From the IMG/VR virus record IMGVR_UViG_3300035212_001239, positions 1-62,458 of that record: 62,458 bases of DNA; one strand, 5' to 3'. This document shows, in pieces, positions 43,526-53,413 of this stretch. The notes below the pieces were generated by a model. It had not been told where the DNA came from. It ran no database searches and saw only the letters and a list, made by a program, of their open reading frames with translations. Positions within the stretch are counted from its first letter, which is position 1. Each line of letters opens with the position of its first letter. The position numbers were made by a program, and so were the translations under genes. The DNA comes from a virus (lineage: Duplodnaviria > Caudoviricetes).

Positions 43526-46077
43526 CCTCCTTCACCTACTACGGCGGAACCAGCGTCCGCGACGGTGCCGTGCGCCCACTCAAGGCGAGCACCTTCGAGG
43601 AACTGGTGCGCAAATACTTCGACGTGCCGGTGCCGATCGGCCTCGACCGCGCCGAGTTCCTGGCTCTCCCGAAGGTCGAGCGCGACCGGATCAAGGACGT
43701 GCCCTACGTCACGCCCTGCACCTTCAAGCCGGGGGAGACCAAGCGGTGCGACGCCAACGCCGACAAGCTGGTGCTGGCCTGCCTCGACCTCGACCCGCCG
43801 GACCTCGACTTCGACGAGACCGACTACGTCTCCGACTTCTACGGGTCGCCGGAGTCCATCGGCGAGGCCCTCGCCCCGCTCAACTTCCTCGCCTACGCCA
43901 CCGCGAACCACACCCCGGATCGCCCCCGGATGCGGATCGTCGTCCCGGTGCTGCCCTGCGACCCGATCCACCGGCGCAAGATCGTCCGCCACCTGGCCGA
44001 CCGGCTCGGCCTGCCGCACGACTTCTCGGGCTCCCGCGAGTCCCAGGTGACAAGCCAGCCCGCCTACCGCCCGGTCATCTTCAAGGACGAGGACAACTCC
44101 TCTCCGCGCCTGCTCGCCTGCCGCACCAACGGCATCGACCTCGACCCGGCGACCCTGCCCGAGATCGAGGACAAGCCCGGCAGCCGGACCTACTCGGCGG
44201 GCGGCGGCGAGGACCTCGGCCTCGACAACCTTCCCGCCTACGGCCTGACCGTGGACGAGATCCGCGAGGCCCTCTACTCCATCGACCCGGACTGCGGCTA
44301 CAAGCAGTGGACCGAGATCGCATCCGCCCTGCGCCACCAGTTCCGCAAGGAGGACGAGGCCCGCCAAGCCTACAACCTCTTCGACGAGTGGAGCGCCACC
44401 GGTAGCAAATACAAGAGCGACAAGGACACCTTCGCCAAGTGGCGCAGCTTCAAGCCCGACCCGACCGGCAAGCGGCCGATCACCATCTCGACGGTCTACC
44501 ACCACGCCAAGCAGGCCGGGTGGAAGCCCGAGAAGGCGACCGAGGAGCTGGGCGAGAAGCTGGAGGAGTGGATCGCCGCGCAGGACGATGCGAAGAAGCT
44601 GGGACGCGAGGGACCGGCCCGCATCGCCGCGTTCCCGATCCGCGACGCCATCACCGAGGCCCGCCTGCTCGACGCCTTCCGTGCCCGTCTCAAGGAGCTG
44701 GGGGCCCCCGTCACCGCGGCGACCGCGAGCAAGGCACTCAAGCAGGCCCGCACCGTCGCACGGGTCGAGAGCAACAAGAAGGATCTCCCCGGCTGGCTGC
44801 GCCCATGGGTGTTCGTCTCGACCGAGGGCAAGTTCATCAACAAGGCCAGCAACATCCGCCTGAACCCGACCAATTTCAACCTGACCTACTCGGTCAAGCT
44901 GATGAGCACCGAGGCCGACAACGAGCTGGCCAAGCTCGGCATGCCGCTGCTCAACCCCGACAAGTTCGCCCTCAACGTGCAGGTCATCGACCGGGTGGAC
45001 TCGACGATGTATGACCCTCGCCCGGAGACCGCTCCGATCTTCGACTACAAGGGCATTCGCTACCTCAACGAGTATCGTGCCGACACGCTGCCGACCGAGG
45101 ACCCCAAGCACTCCGCGAAGGCCCTCGACGTGTTCACCCGCATGGTTCGCAACGTCTGGGGCGACTCGTGGGAGCTGGCCATGCAGTTCTTCGCCCACCT
45201 CGTCCAGCGGCCCGGTCACAAGACCCGCTGGTGCTTCTGCGTCCAGTCCGCCCAGGGCGCAGGCAAGACCCAGATCGCCGCCATGATCGGTGCCGCCATC
45301 GGCGAGACCAACGTGATCGCCATCGAGCCGAACCTGATCCGAGCCGAATACAACGAGTGGATGTATGGCAAGCAGCTCATCGTCTTCGAGGAGATTTACG
45401 TCGCCGGGGAGAAGCGGGCTGCGATCATGGACAAGCTCAAGACGGTCAACTCCAACGACGAGCTGACGCTCAACCAGAAGCACTGCGACGCCCGGAAGAT
45501 CCTCAACTTCGCATCCTGCCTCGCCTTCACCAACCACCACGACGCGCTCTACTTGGAGGAGAGCGACCGGCGTTACGCCCCGGTGCGGTCCCCGATCCAG
45601 ACCAAGGCCGACGTGGAGCGCCTGCAAGCCAGCGGCATCTTCGAGGAGGCCGCCGAGATCATCCGCGAGCACGGTGGAGCCCTGCGTCATGCCCTGCTCA
45701 ACTACGTGGTCCCCGACAGCTTCCCGGTCCACACCGCACCCAAGACCCGCTTCCGCGACGAGATGATCGAGGCCAGCAAGAACCGCCTCCAGATCGCCAT
45801 CGAGGAGCTGATCGACAGCGGCAACCCGCTGATCGGACCCGACATCGTGCTGGCCTCCGAGGTCGCCCGCCTGACCATCGAGGAGTCCCGCAACAACCAC
45901 AAGCCTGCCCACTTCCTCGCCATGATGGGATACGAGCGTTACCAGGGCGGAAGCCGCTTCTCCATCAACGGCACCCGCTCCGCGATCTGGATTCACCGCG
46001 ACCGCTTCGACGAAGGGCTGGAGCGGCCTGAAGAGATTCTTGAAGAAAGAATGCAGAACTCTGGAGATTTTCTTTGA
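43522..46077 (+). CDS. Primase-helicase (AEP-type primase, PriCT-2, DUF5906/SF3 NTPase)
   Basis: LDLD, PRMRIVVP, PDCGYKQWTEI..FDEWSATGSKY (PriCT-2), Walker A AQGAGKT, VFEE, FTNH..DRRY. Confidence 0.88.
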   Translation: MTSFTYYGGTSVRDGAVRPLKASTFEELVRKYFDVPVPIGLDRAEFLALPKVERDRIKDVPYVTPCTFKPGETKRCDANADKLVLACLDLDPPDLDFDETDYVSDFYGSPESIGEALAPLNFLAYATANHTPDRPRMRIVVPVLPCDPIHRRKIVRHLADRLGLPHDFSGSRESQVTSQPAYRPVIFKDEDNSSPRLLACRTNGIDLDPATLPEIEDKPGSRTYSAGGGEDLGLDNLPAYGLTVDEIREALYSIDPDCGYKQWTEIASALRHQFRKEDEARQAYNLFDEWSATGSKYKSDKDTFAKWRSFKPDPTGKRPITISTVYHHAKQAGWKPEKATEELGEKLEEWIAAQDDAKKLGREGPARIAAFPIRDAITEARLLDAFRARLKELGAPVTAATASKALKQARTVARVESNKKDLPGWLRPWVFVSTEGKFINKASNIRLNPTNFNLTYSVKLMSTEADNELAKLGMPLLNPDKFALNVQVIDRVDSTMYDPRPETAPIFDYKGIRYLNEYRADTLPTEDPKHSAKALDVFTRMVRNVWGDSWELAMQFFAHLVQRPGHKTRWCFCVQSAQGAGKTQIAAMIGAAIGETNVIAIEPNLIRAEYNEWMYGKQLIVFEEIYVAGEKRAAIMDKLKTVNSNDELTLNQKHCDARKILNFASCLAFTNHHDALYLEESDRRYAPVRSPIQTKADVERLQASGIFEEAAEIIREHGGALRHALLNYVVPDSFPVHTAPKTRFRDEMIEASKNRLQIAIEELIDSGNPLIGPDIVLASEVARLTIEESRNNHKPAHFLAMMGYERYQGGSRFSINGTRSAIWIHRDRFDEGLERPEEILEERMQNSGDFL

Positions 46078-46132
46078 CACTTTCCGCGATTCGCCTAATC
46101 AAGGAATCGCGAACCCGCAAACACCTAGAACC

Positions 46133-46552
46133 ATGATTGAAGAAGCCATTGCAAAACTGACCGCAGCCGTTTCGGAGAATGCCGCGATGCTTGCCGAAAA
46201 CAACACGTTGCTCCGCCAGATCCTCGAATCGTCCGGCAGCGCACCTGCCGCCGAGCCGCAGCCCGAAGCGGTCAAGCCCGCCAAGGCGAAGAAGGAGAAG
46301 GCATCGGACCTGAAGGTCGTCGAGCCGGAGCCCGAGGCCCACGCCGATGAGCCGGAAGAAGACTCCGCCGTCGAAGCTCCGAAGCACACCGTCAAGGATG
46401 CCATCGAAGCCTCGAAGGAGTTCCTCGGCAAGGACCGCGACACCAACAAGCCGAAGCTGGCCGCCCTGCGCGAGAAGTTCGGCGTTGAGACCGTCAAGGA
46501 TCTCGCCGAGGACCAGGTCGATGCCTACCTCGCCGAGCTGGCCAAGCTGTAA
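46133..46552 (+). CDS. Replication-module protein (APSE-like)
   Basis: MIEEAIAKL.., Ala/Pro/Glu linker, C-terminal LREKFGVETVKDL; TTGACA at 46074 upstream. Confidence 0.65.
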   Translation: MIEEAIAKLTAAVSENAAMLAENNTLLRQILESSGSAPAAEPQPEAVKPAKAKKEKASDLKVVEPEPEAHADEPEEDSAVEAPKHTVKDAIEASKEFLGKDRDTNKPKLAALREKFGVETVKDLAEDQVDAYLAELAKL

Positions 46553-46696
46553 CCTCACCGAGCCCGCCGTTCCATGAAACGCGAAGTCTGGCACGGCGGG
46601 CTCGTTCTCCTCCAAGATCACGACGACGGCAGGTGGAGATCCCACGGATGCCGCAAGCCCGCCCCCGGTGAAACTCCTGACCAATTCCCTAGAACC

Positions 46697-48091
46697 ATGA
46701 ATTCTCAAACTCCCGCCGCCCAGTCCGGCTCCCACAACACCCACGCCCGCCTCGCCCCGTCGGCGTCGCACCAGTGGACCCAATGCACGGGCTCGATCGC
46801 GATGATCGAGGCCAACAAGCACCGCGTGCCAAAGGACGATAGCTCCGCGTATTCGCAGCTCGGCACCGAAGCACACGACCACGCCGCCAACATCCTGCTC
46901 GGCAAAGTCACCATCGACCAGATCCCCGAGAATTTCCGCCAGCACGTCGGAGCCTACGTCGCGCACTGCCAGTCCACCCAGGGCGACGGCATGGCCGAGA
47001 TCGAGGTCCAAGTCCCCCTATTCTATCAACCCAATGCCACCGGCACCTGCGACTTCATCTCGGTCAGCGACTCCCGGGTCGTCGTCCGCGATCTCAAGTA
47101 TGGTGCGGGTGTCCTCGTCTCGTCCCACGAGAACGAGCAGCTCGCGATCTACGCGCTCTCCTACCTCCGCGAGATGATGGATGCCGGACTCTGGAACTTC
47201 GAGCCGGACACCGTGATCGACATCGCCGTGTTCCAGCCCCGGCACCGCGAGGGCGCGGAGCAGAAGCCATGGGTGCTGACCCTCGCCGAGCTGGAGGTCT
47301 TCTGCAAGGACATCGACTACGCCGCGATCCAAGCCAGCGAGGGCCTTCGCCGCGTCCAAGCGAAGCTGCCCTGCGGCTCCCGCGACATCGCCATCGAGGA
47401 GATCCTCGAAGCCGCTCCCGCGCTCAAGTTCGCCCCTGGCGACGGCGACTCGGGTGCCTGCCGCTGGTGCAAGGCCAAGGGCTTCTGCGAGGCCCGCCTG
47501 AAGGCCGCAACCGCCGACGTGGAGATGCCCCAGTTCGAGTTCGACGCGCTGATCGCCGGGATGCCGGAGCCGACCAAGGAGGAGAAGAAGCTGGAGCCGA
47601 TCGACCGCGCCGAGTCGATGATCTCCCGTGCTGCGACCGAGTCCGGCCAGCTCGACTTCACCGGCGGCGTTCTCACCGACGACTACCTGGTGCGCCTGTT
47701 CAAGGCAGCGAAGGGCATCAAGACCTTCCTCGACGACGTGGCCGAGCACCTCGAAGCCCGGATGCTCGCCGGTGCCTCGGTCTCCGGTCTCAAGCTGGTC
47801 CTCGGCCGCGAGGGCAACCGGGCATGGACCGACGAGGAAGCCGCCGACAAGCTGCTCGCCCAGTCCGGCAAGCTCAAGATGGAGCAGCGTTACAAGATGA
47901 GCCTCATCTCCCCGACGCAGGCCGAGACCATCCTCAAGGAGAAGATCGAGTCCTCGACCCGCTTCGCCAACTGCTTCAAGAACCTCGTGGACCGCAGCCC
48001 CGCTCGCCCGGTGCTTGCGCACGAGTCCGACAAGCGGCCCGCCATCTCCTCGCCGGTCGATGACATGCCCGTCACCGACGACGAGGTCTGA
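46697..48091 (+). CDS. DUF2800 Cas4-like PD-(D/E)XK exonuclease
   Basis: HARLAPSAS.QW..C, GTCD, DLKYGAGV, QLAIYAL, FQPR, CRWCKAK..C, GLKLVLGR. Confidence 0.88.
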   Translation: MNSQTPAAQSGSHNTHARLAPSASHQWTQCTGSIAMIEANKHRVPKDDSSAYSQLGTEAHDHAANILLGKVTIDQIPENFRQHVGAYVAHCQSTQGDGMAEIEVQVPLFYQPNATGTCDFISVSDSRVVVRDLKYGAGVLVSSHENEQLAIYALSYLREMMDAGLWNFEPDTVIDIAVFQPRHREGAEQKPWVLTLAELEVFCKDIDYAAIQASEGLRRVQAKLPCGSRDIAIEEILEAAPALKFAPGDGDSGACRWCKAKGFCEARLKAATADVEMPQFEFDALIAGMPEPTKEEKKLEPIDRAESMISRAATESGQLDFTGGVLTDDYLVRLFKAAKGIKTFLDDVAEHLEARMLAGASVSGLKLVLGREGNRAWTDEEAADKLLAQSGKLKMEQRYKMSLISPTQAETILKEKIESSTRFANCFKNLVDRSPARPVLAHESDKRPAISSPVDDMPVTDDEV

Positions 48092-48164
48092 ACCCTTTCA
48101 CCACCCCGACGGCCCCGGCGAGCCAGAATCGCCAATTCAATTAGACCAATAGAACTGTAACATC

Positions 48165-48722
48165 GTGAACAAAGAATACATCATCAAAGGTGCCCGTCTC
48201 AGCTTCCCTGACCTGCACGAGCCGAAGTCCGTCAACGGTGGCAAGCCCCGCTACGGCGCGAGCTTCCTGCTCGACAAGGACAAGGACAAAAAGCAGATCA
48301 AGGAGATCGAGGCGATCATGCAGGAGATCGCTGCCGACGAGTTCGGCGGCAAGCTCCCGAGCGGTGACCGGCTGGCTCTCCGCGACGGCTCCGAGAAGGA
48401 ATACGACGGCTACGAGAACGCCATGGTGATTTCCGCCGCCCGCGCCGAGAAGCGCAAGCGTCCGACCGTCATCAACTCGAAGCGCGAGCATGTTGCCCCG
48501 GATGAGGACGGCTACCCCTACGCGGGCTGCTACGTCAACGCCAAGATCAACTTCTACTCGCTCAACGGGAAGAACGACAAGGGCCACGAAGCGTCTCACG
48601 GCAAGCGGATCTGCGCGGAGATCCAGGTCGTCGGCTTCGCCAAGCACGGCGAGCCGTTCGGCTCCTCCGCTCCGAGCATCGCCGACATGCCCGAGGTCGA
48701 GGACGACGATGACGACGTGTGA
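48165..48722 (+). CDS. ssDNA-binding protein (DUF2815 / gp2.5-like)
   Basis: RLSFPDLHEP, LRDG, YAGCYVN, GEPFG, acidic tail. Confidence 0.88.
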   Translation: MNKEYIIKGARLSFPDLHEPKSVNGGKPRYGASFLLDKDKDKKQIKEIEAIMQEIAADEFGGKLPSGDRLALRDGSEKEYDGYENAMVISAARAEKRKRPTVINSKREHVAPDEDGYPYAGCYVNAKINFYSLNGKNDKGHEASHGKRICAEIQVVGFAKHGEPFGSSAPSIADMPEVEDDDDDV

Positions 48723-48788
48723 TCGCCTGACAGCGTGATTCGACCCGCCTCGTCCTGGTTCGCCGGGACGGGGCATTTCAGGCACCAG

Positions 48789-50894
48789 ATGCCCACTTTC
48801 TCGTTAGATTTTGAGACCACCTCCGCCTGCGACATCGGCTTCGGAGCCTATCGCTATGCGGCCGACCCGAGCACGCGCATCCTGCTGTTCGCCATTGCGG
48901 TTGACGATGAGGCCCCGGTCATCTGGCGCATCGACGAACCCGACAGCGCCGAGTCCTGCAAGGCGCTCTACCTGTTCCGCATGGCGATCAAGGAGGGCTC
49001 CCCGATCCGGGCGTTCAACGTCGGCTTCGAGGCCGCGATCTGCAAATACGTGCTGGAGCGCCAGCTCGGCATCAAGCCCCCGGCGCTGGAGCAGTGGCGC
49101 TGCACCCAGGCGATGTGCCGCCGTGCAGCCATCCCGGCGTCGCTCGCCAAGGCCGCCGAGTTCCTGAAGCTGGGCGACCAGAAGAACCCGATCGGCAAGG
49201 CCCTGATCGGCGTCTTCTCCGACCAGAACAAGATCGTCGATCTGCTCCCGCCGAAGGGCGATTGGAAGGAAGCAAACTGGAAGAAACTCAAGCGATCCAG
49301 CGCCAGCCCGATCCTCGAAGACGAGATCCCATGGGACTGGAGCTTCTCGATCAGCGGCGGCCGCATGACAGTCCGCGAGGGCTGGGACGCCTTCATCGCC
49401 TACTGCCGTCAGGACGTAGTCGTCGAGCGGAAGGTCTGCGCCAAGCTCGCGAAATACGAGCTGGAGGGCACCGAGCTGGATGGGTTCCAGTTCGACCTGC
49501 GGATGAACAGCCTCGGCACCCCGGTCAATGTCCCGGCGCTGCGCAACGCCCAGAAGATCGTGGACATCCAGTGCGGCTTCCTCACCCGCGAGTTCGAGCA
49601 TCTCACCGGGCTGCAACCTGGCCAGACCGCCGCCGTGCTGAAGTGGCTCAAGGGCCACGGCTACCCAGGCGACAACCTCCAGGCGGCGACGATGGAGGAG
49701 CACCTCGGCCATGCCTCGATGAGTCTTGAAGGGCACCGGGCGCTGGAGATCCGCTCGCAGCTCTCCTTCGCCGCAGTGAAGAAGGTTCCCGCCATGCTCA
49801 ACACCGTTTGCCCGGACGGGCGGATGCGCGGCCTCTTCACATGGTATGGAGCGTCGGCGACCGGTCGCTGGACCAGCACCGGCCCGCAGCTTCAGAACGC
49901 CAAGAAGCCATCGATCAAAGACCCGGACGCCGCCTACTACGACATCTGCAACGAGCCGGACATCGACTTCATCGAAGCCGCCTACGGCAACCCCTACGAG
50001 GTCGTGGCGTCCTGCGTCCGCAACTTCGTGCAGCCCGAGGAGGGACAGATCATCGACGTGGACTTCTCCAACATCGAGAGCCGGGTCGCCGCGTGGCTCG
50101 CGGGGCAGGAGGATCTCCTCGACACCTACCGGCAGGGGCGCGACGCCTACAAGGAGCTGGCCGCCCAGGTCTTCAACGTCAGCGTCGAGAGCGTCACCAA
50201 GGAGCAACGGTTCGTCGGCAAGGTGGGGAATTTGAGCCTAGTTTTCCAGACGGGGGCGAAGACATTCCACGAGACCTGCGCCGCTTGGGGAATGCCCATC
50301 GAGAAGAAGGTTGCCTGCCGCACGGTGAAGACTTTCCGCGAGACCTACGACCAGTTCCCCAAGACGTGGAGACGCTACGAGGCAGCAGCCCTCAAGGCGA
50401 TGGAGGAACCAGGCAAGTGGCATGATGCCACCGAGTTCGTCTCCTTCGCCATGAGCCGCTCGGCACCGTTCCCCCGCCTGCTGATGCGTCTGCCGAGCGG
50501 TCGGTTCCTCACCTACCCGCTGCCGGAAGTGAAGCGGACCATGAAATCCCACAAGGACTATGAGACCGGCGAACGCCGCGAGTGGGAATCGGATGACCTG
50601 AATTTCTACGGCCACCTCCGCAACAGCTCGCTTTGGGGTCGCGTCTCGACATACGCAGGATCGCTGTTCCAATCATCGGTTCAGGCCACCGCCCGCGACA
50701 TCCTCCAACACGGATGCCTGCTGGTCGAGAAGGCCGGATTCAAAGTCTTCTCGGTCATCCACGACCAGACGCTCGCCCACGAAGGCGACGTGGATCAATT
50801 CGTCAAACTGATCTGCACCCACCCCGAGTGGCTGCCGAAGACGTTCCCTGTCGCCGCCACCGGCGAACTCGCTCCATATTATCGCAAGGATTAA
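48789..50894 (+). CDS. polA: Family A DNA polymerase
   Basis: Exonuclease motifs DFET, FNVGFE, YCRQDV; polymerase motifs TGRW, DFSNIESR, RFVGKVGNL, QATARD, IHD. Confidence 0.92.
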   Translation: MPTFSLDFETTSACDIGFGAYRYAADPSTRILLFAIAVDDEAPVIWRIDEPDSAESCKALYLFRMAIKEGSPIRAFNVGFEAAICKYVLERQLGIKPPALEQWRCTQAMCRRAAIPASLAKAAEFLKLGDQKNPIGKALIGVFSDQNKIVDLLPPKGDWKEANWKKLKRSSASPILEDEIPWDWSFSISGGRMTVREGWDAFIAYCRQDVVVERKVCAKLAKYELEGTELDGFQFDLRMNSLGTPVNVPALRNAQKIVDIQCGFLTREFEHLTGLQPGQTAAVLKWLKGHGYPGDNLQAATMEEHLGHASMSLEGHRALEIRSQLSFAAVKKVPAMLNTVCPDGRMRGLFTWYGASATGRWTSTGPQLQNAKKPSIKDPDAAYYDICNEPDIDFIEAAYGNPYEVVASCVRNFVQPEEGQIIDVDFSNIESRVAAWLAGQEDLLDTYRQGRDAYKELAAQVFNVSVESVTKEQRFVGKVGNLSLVFQTGAKTFHETCAAWGMPIEKKVACRTVKTFRETYDQFPKTWRRYEAAALKAMEEPGKWHDATEFVSFAMSRSAPFPRLLMRLPSGRFLTYPLPEVKRTMKSHKDYETGERREWESDDLNFYGHLRNSSLWGRVSTYAGSLFQSSVQATARDILQHGCLLVEKAGFKVFSVIHDQTLAHEGDVDQFVKLICTHPEWLPKTFPVAATGELAPYYRKD

Positions 50895-50897
50895 GCC

Positions 50898-51164
50898 ATG
50901 AACCTGTTCGATCCACAACCAGTCGTCACCGACAAGGACCGCAAGCGCCTCGCGCCACGCATCAGCAACGTCAAGTTCGCCCAAGAGTGGCTCCGCTGGG
51001 AGCCGACGATCACCGATGTCCGCAAAGCCATCCTGATCGAGCTGGACGACCCGCGTGGCCCGTTGCGTCGCCCCGTCCTCGGCGTCCTCCTCCGCCGCAT
51101 CCGGCAGCTCGAAAGCTCCGAGCTGGAAGCCCGCATCGTGAAATACTTGGAGAAGCGGAAATGA
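50898..51164 (+). CDS. Hypothetical protein
   Basis: 88 aa, tiles the operon. Confidence 0.6.
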   Translation: MNLFDPQPVVTDKDRKRLAPRISNVKFAQEWLRWEPTITDVRKAILIELDDPRGPLRRPVLGVLLRRIRQLESSELEARIVKYLEKRK

Positions 51165-51439
51165 AAGAGCGCGACGTTGAAACCGCCGTATGCCTGTTCG
51201 CCGCCGGAGTCGGCGTCGGCACCCTGAAGCAGAACGGAAGTGGGGCCAGAGGGAAAAGCGATAGGCTTTTCTTCAAGGACGGCAAGGCGATCTTTATTGA
51301 GCTGAAGGCCACCAACGCGAAACCGACCGAACTCCAGCTCCGCAATATCAAGAAGCTCCGCGAGAAGGGCATGTTCGCCGACTGGACCGACTCACCGAAG
51401 CAGGCGTCCCAGTGGATTCTCGACCACCTCATTCCCTAA
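51161..51439 (+). CDS. VRR-NUC domain nuclease
   Basis: MKERDVE..GKSDRLF..FIELKA..KPTELQ. Confidence 0.85.
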   Translation: MKERDVETAVCLFAAGVGVGTLKQNGSGARGKSDRLFFKDGKAIFIELKATNAKPTELQLRNIKKLREKGMFADWTDSPKQASQWILDHLIP

Positions 51440-51441
51440 AT

Positions 51442-51672
51442 ATGGACCACGGAACACCTGACGGTCAGCACCCTGACCCATGTTACGGGCACGGCGGACC
51501 ACTGTGCTCGCCACCATACCCGTTCGCCTGCCCCGACTGCGGGCGGAGAGCGTCGCCGCCAGCGCCCCGCAGGAGCCTCGCCCCGCTGCTTCGGCCGCTG
51601 ACTTTGAGCGAGGTTCTCGACGGTGAGGCGGCCCGGATCATGCATGAGATCAAGCGCCACTTCTCTCTGTGA
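51442..51672 (+). CDS. Hypothetical protein
   Basis: 76 aa with CPDCG. Confidence 0.45.
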   Translation: MDHGTPDGQHPDPCYGHGGPLCSPPYPFACPDCGRRASPPAPRRSLAPLLRPLTLSEVLDGEAARIMHEIKRHFSL

Positions 51673-53120
51673 ACTTCACCCCGCTGCCCCACCAACCGCC
51701 GATGCTCGACTGGCTGAAAAGCCGGGACCGCTCGGCTCTTTTCTGCTCACCGGGGCTTGGGAAAACCGTGGTCACCCTTGACGCCGTGGCCGAGCGCATC
51801 GCGTCCGGGGAGTCCCGTGCCGCGCTGATCGTCTCGCCCTTGCGGGTCACTACGATCACCTGGCCGAACCAGATTGCCCGGTGGAACCTGTCGAAGTGGA
51901 TGAAGATCGCCCACCTGCGGACCCCGGAGGGCTGGGACCGGTGGAAGCGCGGCGACTTCGACGTGGCTCTCATCAACCCCGAGCAGCTCCCGACCATCGA
52001 GCGCCGGATCAGGTGCCGCGTCTGCAAGAACGACCCGATCGACTCGCTGGACTGCGAGCACTGCGACGGCGGCTACCGGATGAGCGTCACCCCCGGAGCC
52101 GTGGACCGGATGTTCAAGGGCACCCAGAAGTCCCACGTCGATACGATCGTGGTGGACGAACTCAGTCTCGCGAAGTCCAACACCTCGTCCCGGTTCCGCT
52201 CGCTCTGGCCGTGGCTCGAACGCTTCCAGTATCGCATCGGCCTCACCGGGACGCCGGTGCCCAACAACTACCTCGACCTGTGGGGCCAGATCCGCCTGCT
52301 CGACGACGGCGAGCGCCTCGGCCGCAGCTTCCACCACTACAAGCGCACCTACTTCCAGCAGACCGACTACATGGGCTACCAGTTCGGCCTGCGCCCAGGG
52401 GCGAAGGAGAAGATCGACGCGAAGCTCGCCGACCTTGCGCTCACCATGCTCGGCGACGACTGGCTCGACGTGCCGACCTGCGAGAGCATCGACGTGGAGG
52501 TGAAGCTCCCGCCGTCCGCCGTCGCGGAATACAAGAAGATGGAGAAGGAGCTGCTCATCGAGCTGGAGAAGTCCGACGTGGTGGCACTCAACGCGGCGAC
52601 CCTCGCGGGCAAGCTGCTCCAGATCACCGGCGGTGCCGTCTACGACGAGTTCCGGGGCGTCCACCACGTCCACGATGCGAAGATCGAGGCGCTCAAGAAG
52701 CTCCGCAAGCAGCACGGCAAGGAGCCGATGCTGGTGCTCTGCGCGTTCAAGCACGAGTCGGCCCGCGTGCTGGAGGCGATCCCCGGCTCCCGCATGTTCG
52801 ACGAGAAGGATCTCGCAGCATGGCAGCGGGGCGAGATCCACACTTGGGTCGCGGATGCCCGGTCGCTCTCGCATGGGCTCGACGGGCTTCAGCAGTCCTG
52901 CCGCATCGCGGTGTGGATGACCCTCACCTACTCCAACGAGACCTACCTCCAGACCAACGCTCGGTTGGTGAGGACGGGACAGTCTCAGGAGACGAAAATA
53001 TATCGACTTTTGGTTCCCGGTTCTCTGGACGATTGCGTGGCGGAGTGTCTTAGGGTCAAGAGCGACACCCAGACCGGCCTTCTGCACGCACTCCGCGCAC
53101 TTCAACAAATCGCCGCTTGA
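51669..53120 (+). CDS. SNF2-family helicase
   Basis: PGLGKT, VVDELS, GLTGTP, HGLDGLQ, QTNARLVRTGQ; CxxC..CxxC insertion. Confidence 0.9.
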   Translation: MNFTPLPHQPPMLDWLKSRDRSALFCSPGLGKTVVTLDAVAERIASGESRAALIVSPLRVTTITWPNQIARWNLSKWMKIAHLRTPEGWDRWKRGDFDVALINPEQLPTIERRIRCRVCKNDPIDSLDCEHCDGGYRMSVTPGAVDRMFKGTQKSHVDTIVVDELSLAKSNTSSRFRSLWPWLERFQYRIGLTGTPVPNNYLDLWGQIRLLDDGERLGRSFHHYKRTYFQQTDYMGYQFGLRPGAKEKIDAKLADLALTMLGDDWLDVPTCESIDVEVKLPPSAVAEYKKMEKELLIELEKSDVVALNAATLAGKLLQITGGAVYDEFRGVHHVHDAKIEALKKLRKQHGKEPMLVLCAFKHESARVLEAIPGSRMFDEKDLAAWQRGEIHTWVADARSLSHGLDGLQQSCRIAVWMTLTYSNETYLQTNARLVRTGQSQETKIYRLLVPGSLDDCVAECLRVKSDTQTGLLHALRALQQIAA

Positions 53121-53150
53121 CGGAATCGCGGAATTAAAGAATCCTTGAAT
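53117..53150 (+). promoter_or_regulatory. Promoter/operator, twin of 41230-41262
   Basis: TTGACG..GAATTAAAGAATCCTTGAA. Confidence 0.6.
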
Positions 53151-53155
53151 CACCA

Positions 53156-53413
53156 GTGAAACGCATCCCAGTAGACATCGTCCAGTGCATCGTGATCGGC
53201 CTCACGCTGCGAGACTACGCCGTGATCCAATCCCTTGTCCGCAACCGGGAAATCCCGATGAGCCGTCAGGACATCGAGGAGGCCACCGGCCTCGACAAGT
53301 CGGTGATCGAACGATCCACGAAACGGCTCGTCGAGATGAAGATCCTCTCCCGCGACAAGGCCCACCCAATCGGCGGAAGCATCCACCGCGCTGCCAAATA
53401 TCTCCTTACATGA
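53156..53413 (+). CDS. Winged-helix regulator (MarR/TrmB-like)
   Basis: MSRQDIEEATGLDKSVIERSTKRLVEMKIL. Confidence 0.7.
   Translation: MKRIPVDIVQCIVIGLTLRDYAVIQSLVRNREIPMSRQDIEEATGLDKSVIERSTKRLVEMKILSRDKAHPIGGSIHRAAKYLLT

Noticed and set aside
43504-46080. Long antisense ORFs (858 aa here; also 55209-57836, 14816-16939, 12616-14376, 1350-3059)
   Set aside because: Mirror frames of well-supported high-GC3 genes, with no recognisable motifs.
46697-48091. Cas4-like nuclease as a sign of CRISPR-Cas
   Set aside because: It is the DUF2800 gene of the standard nuclease-SSB-PolA module; no cas1/cas2 or array is present.
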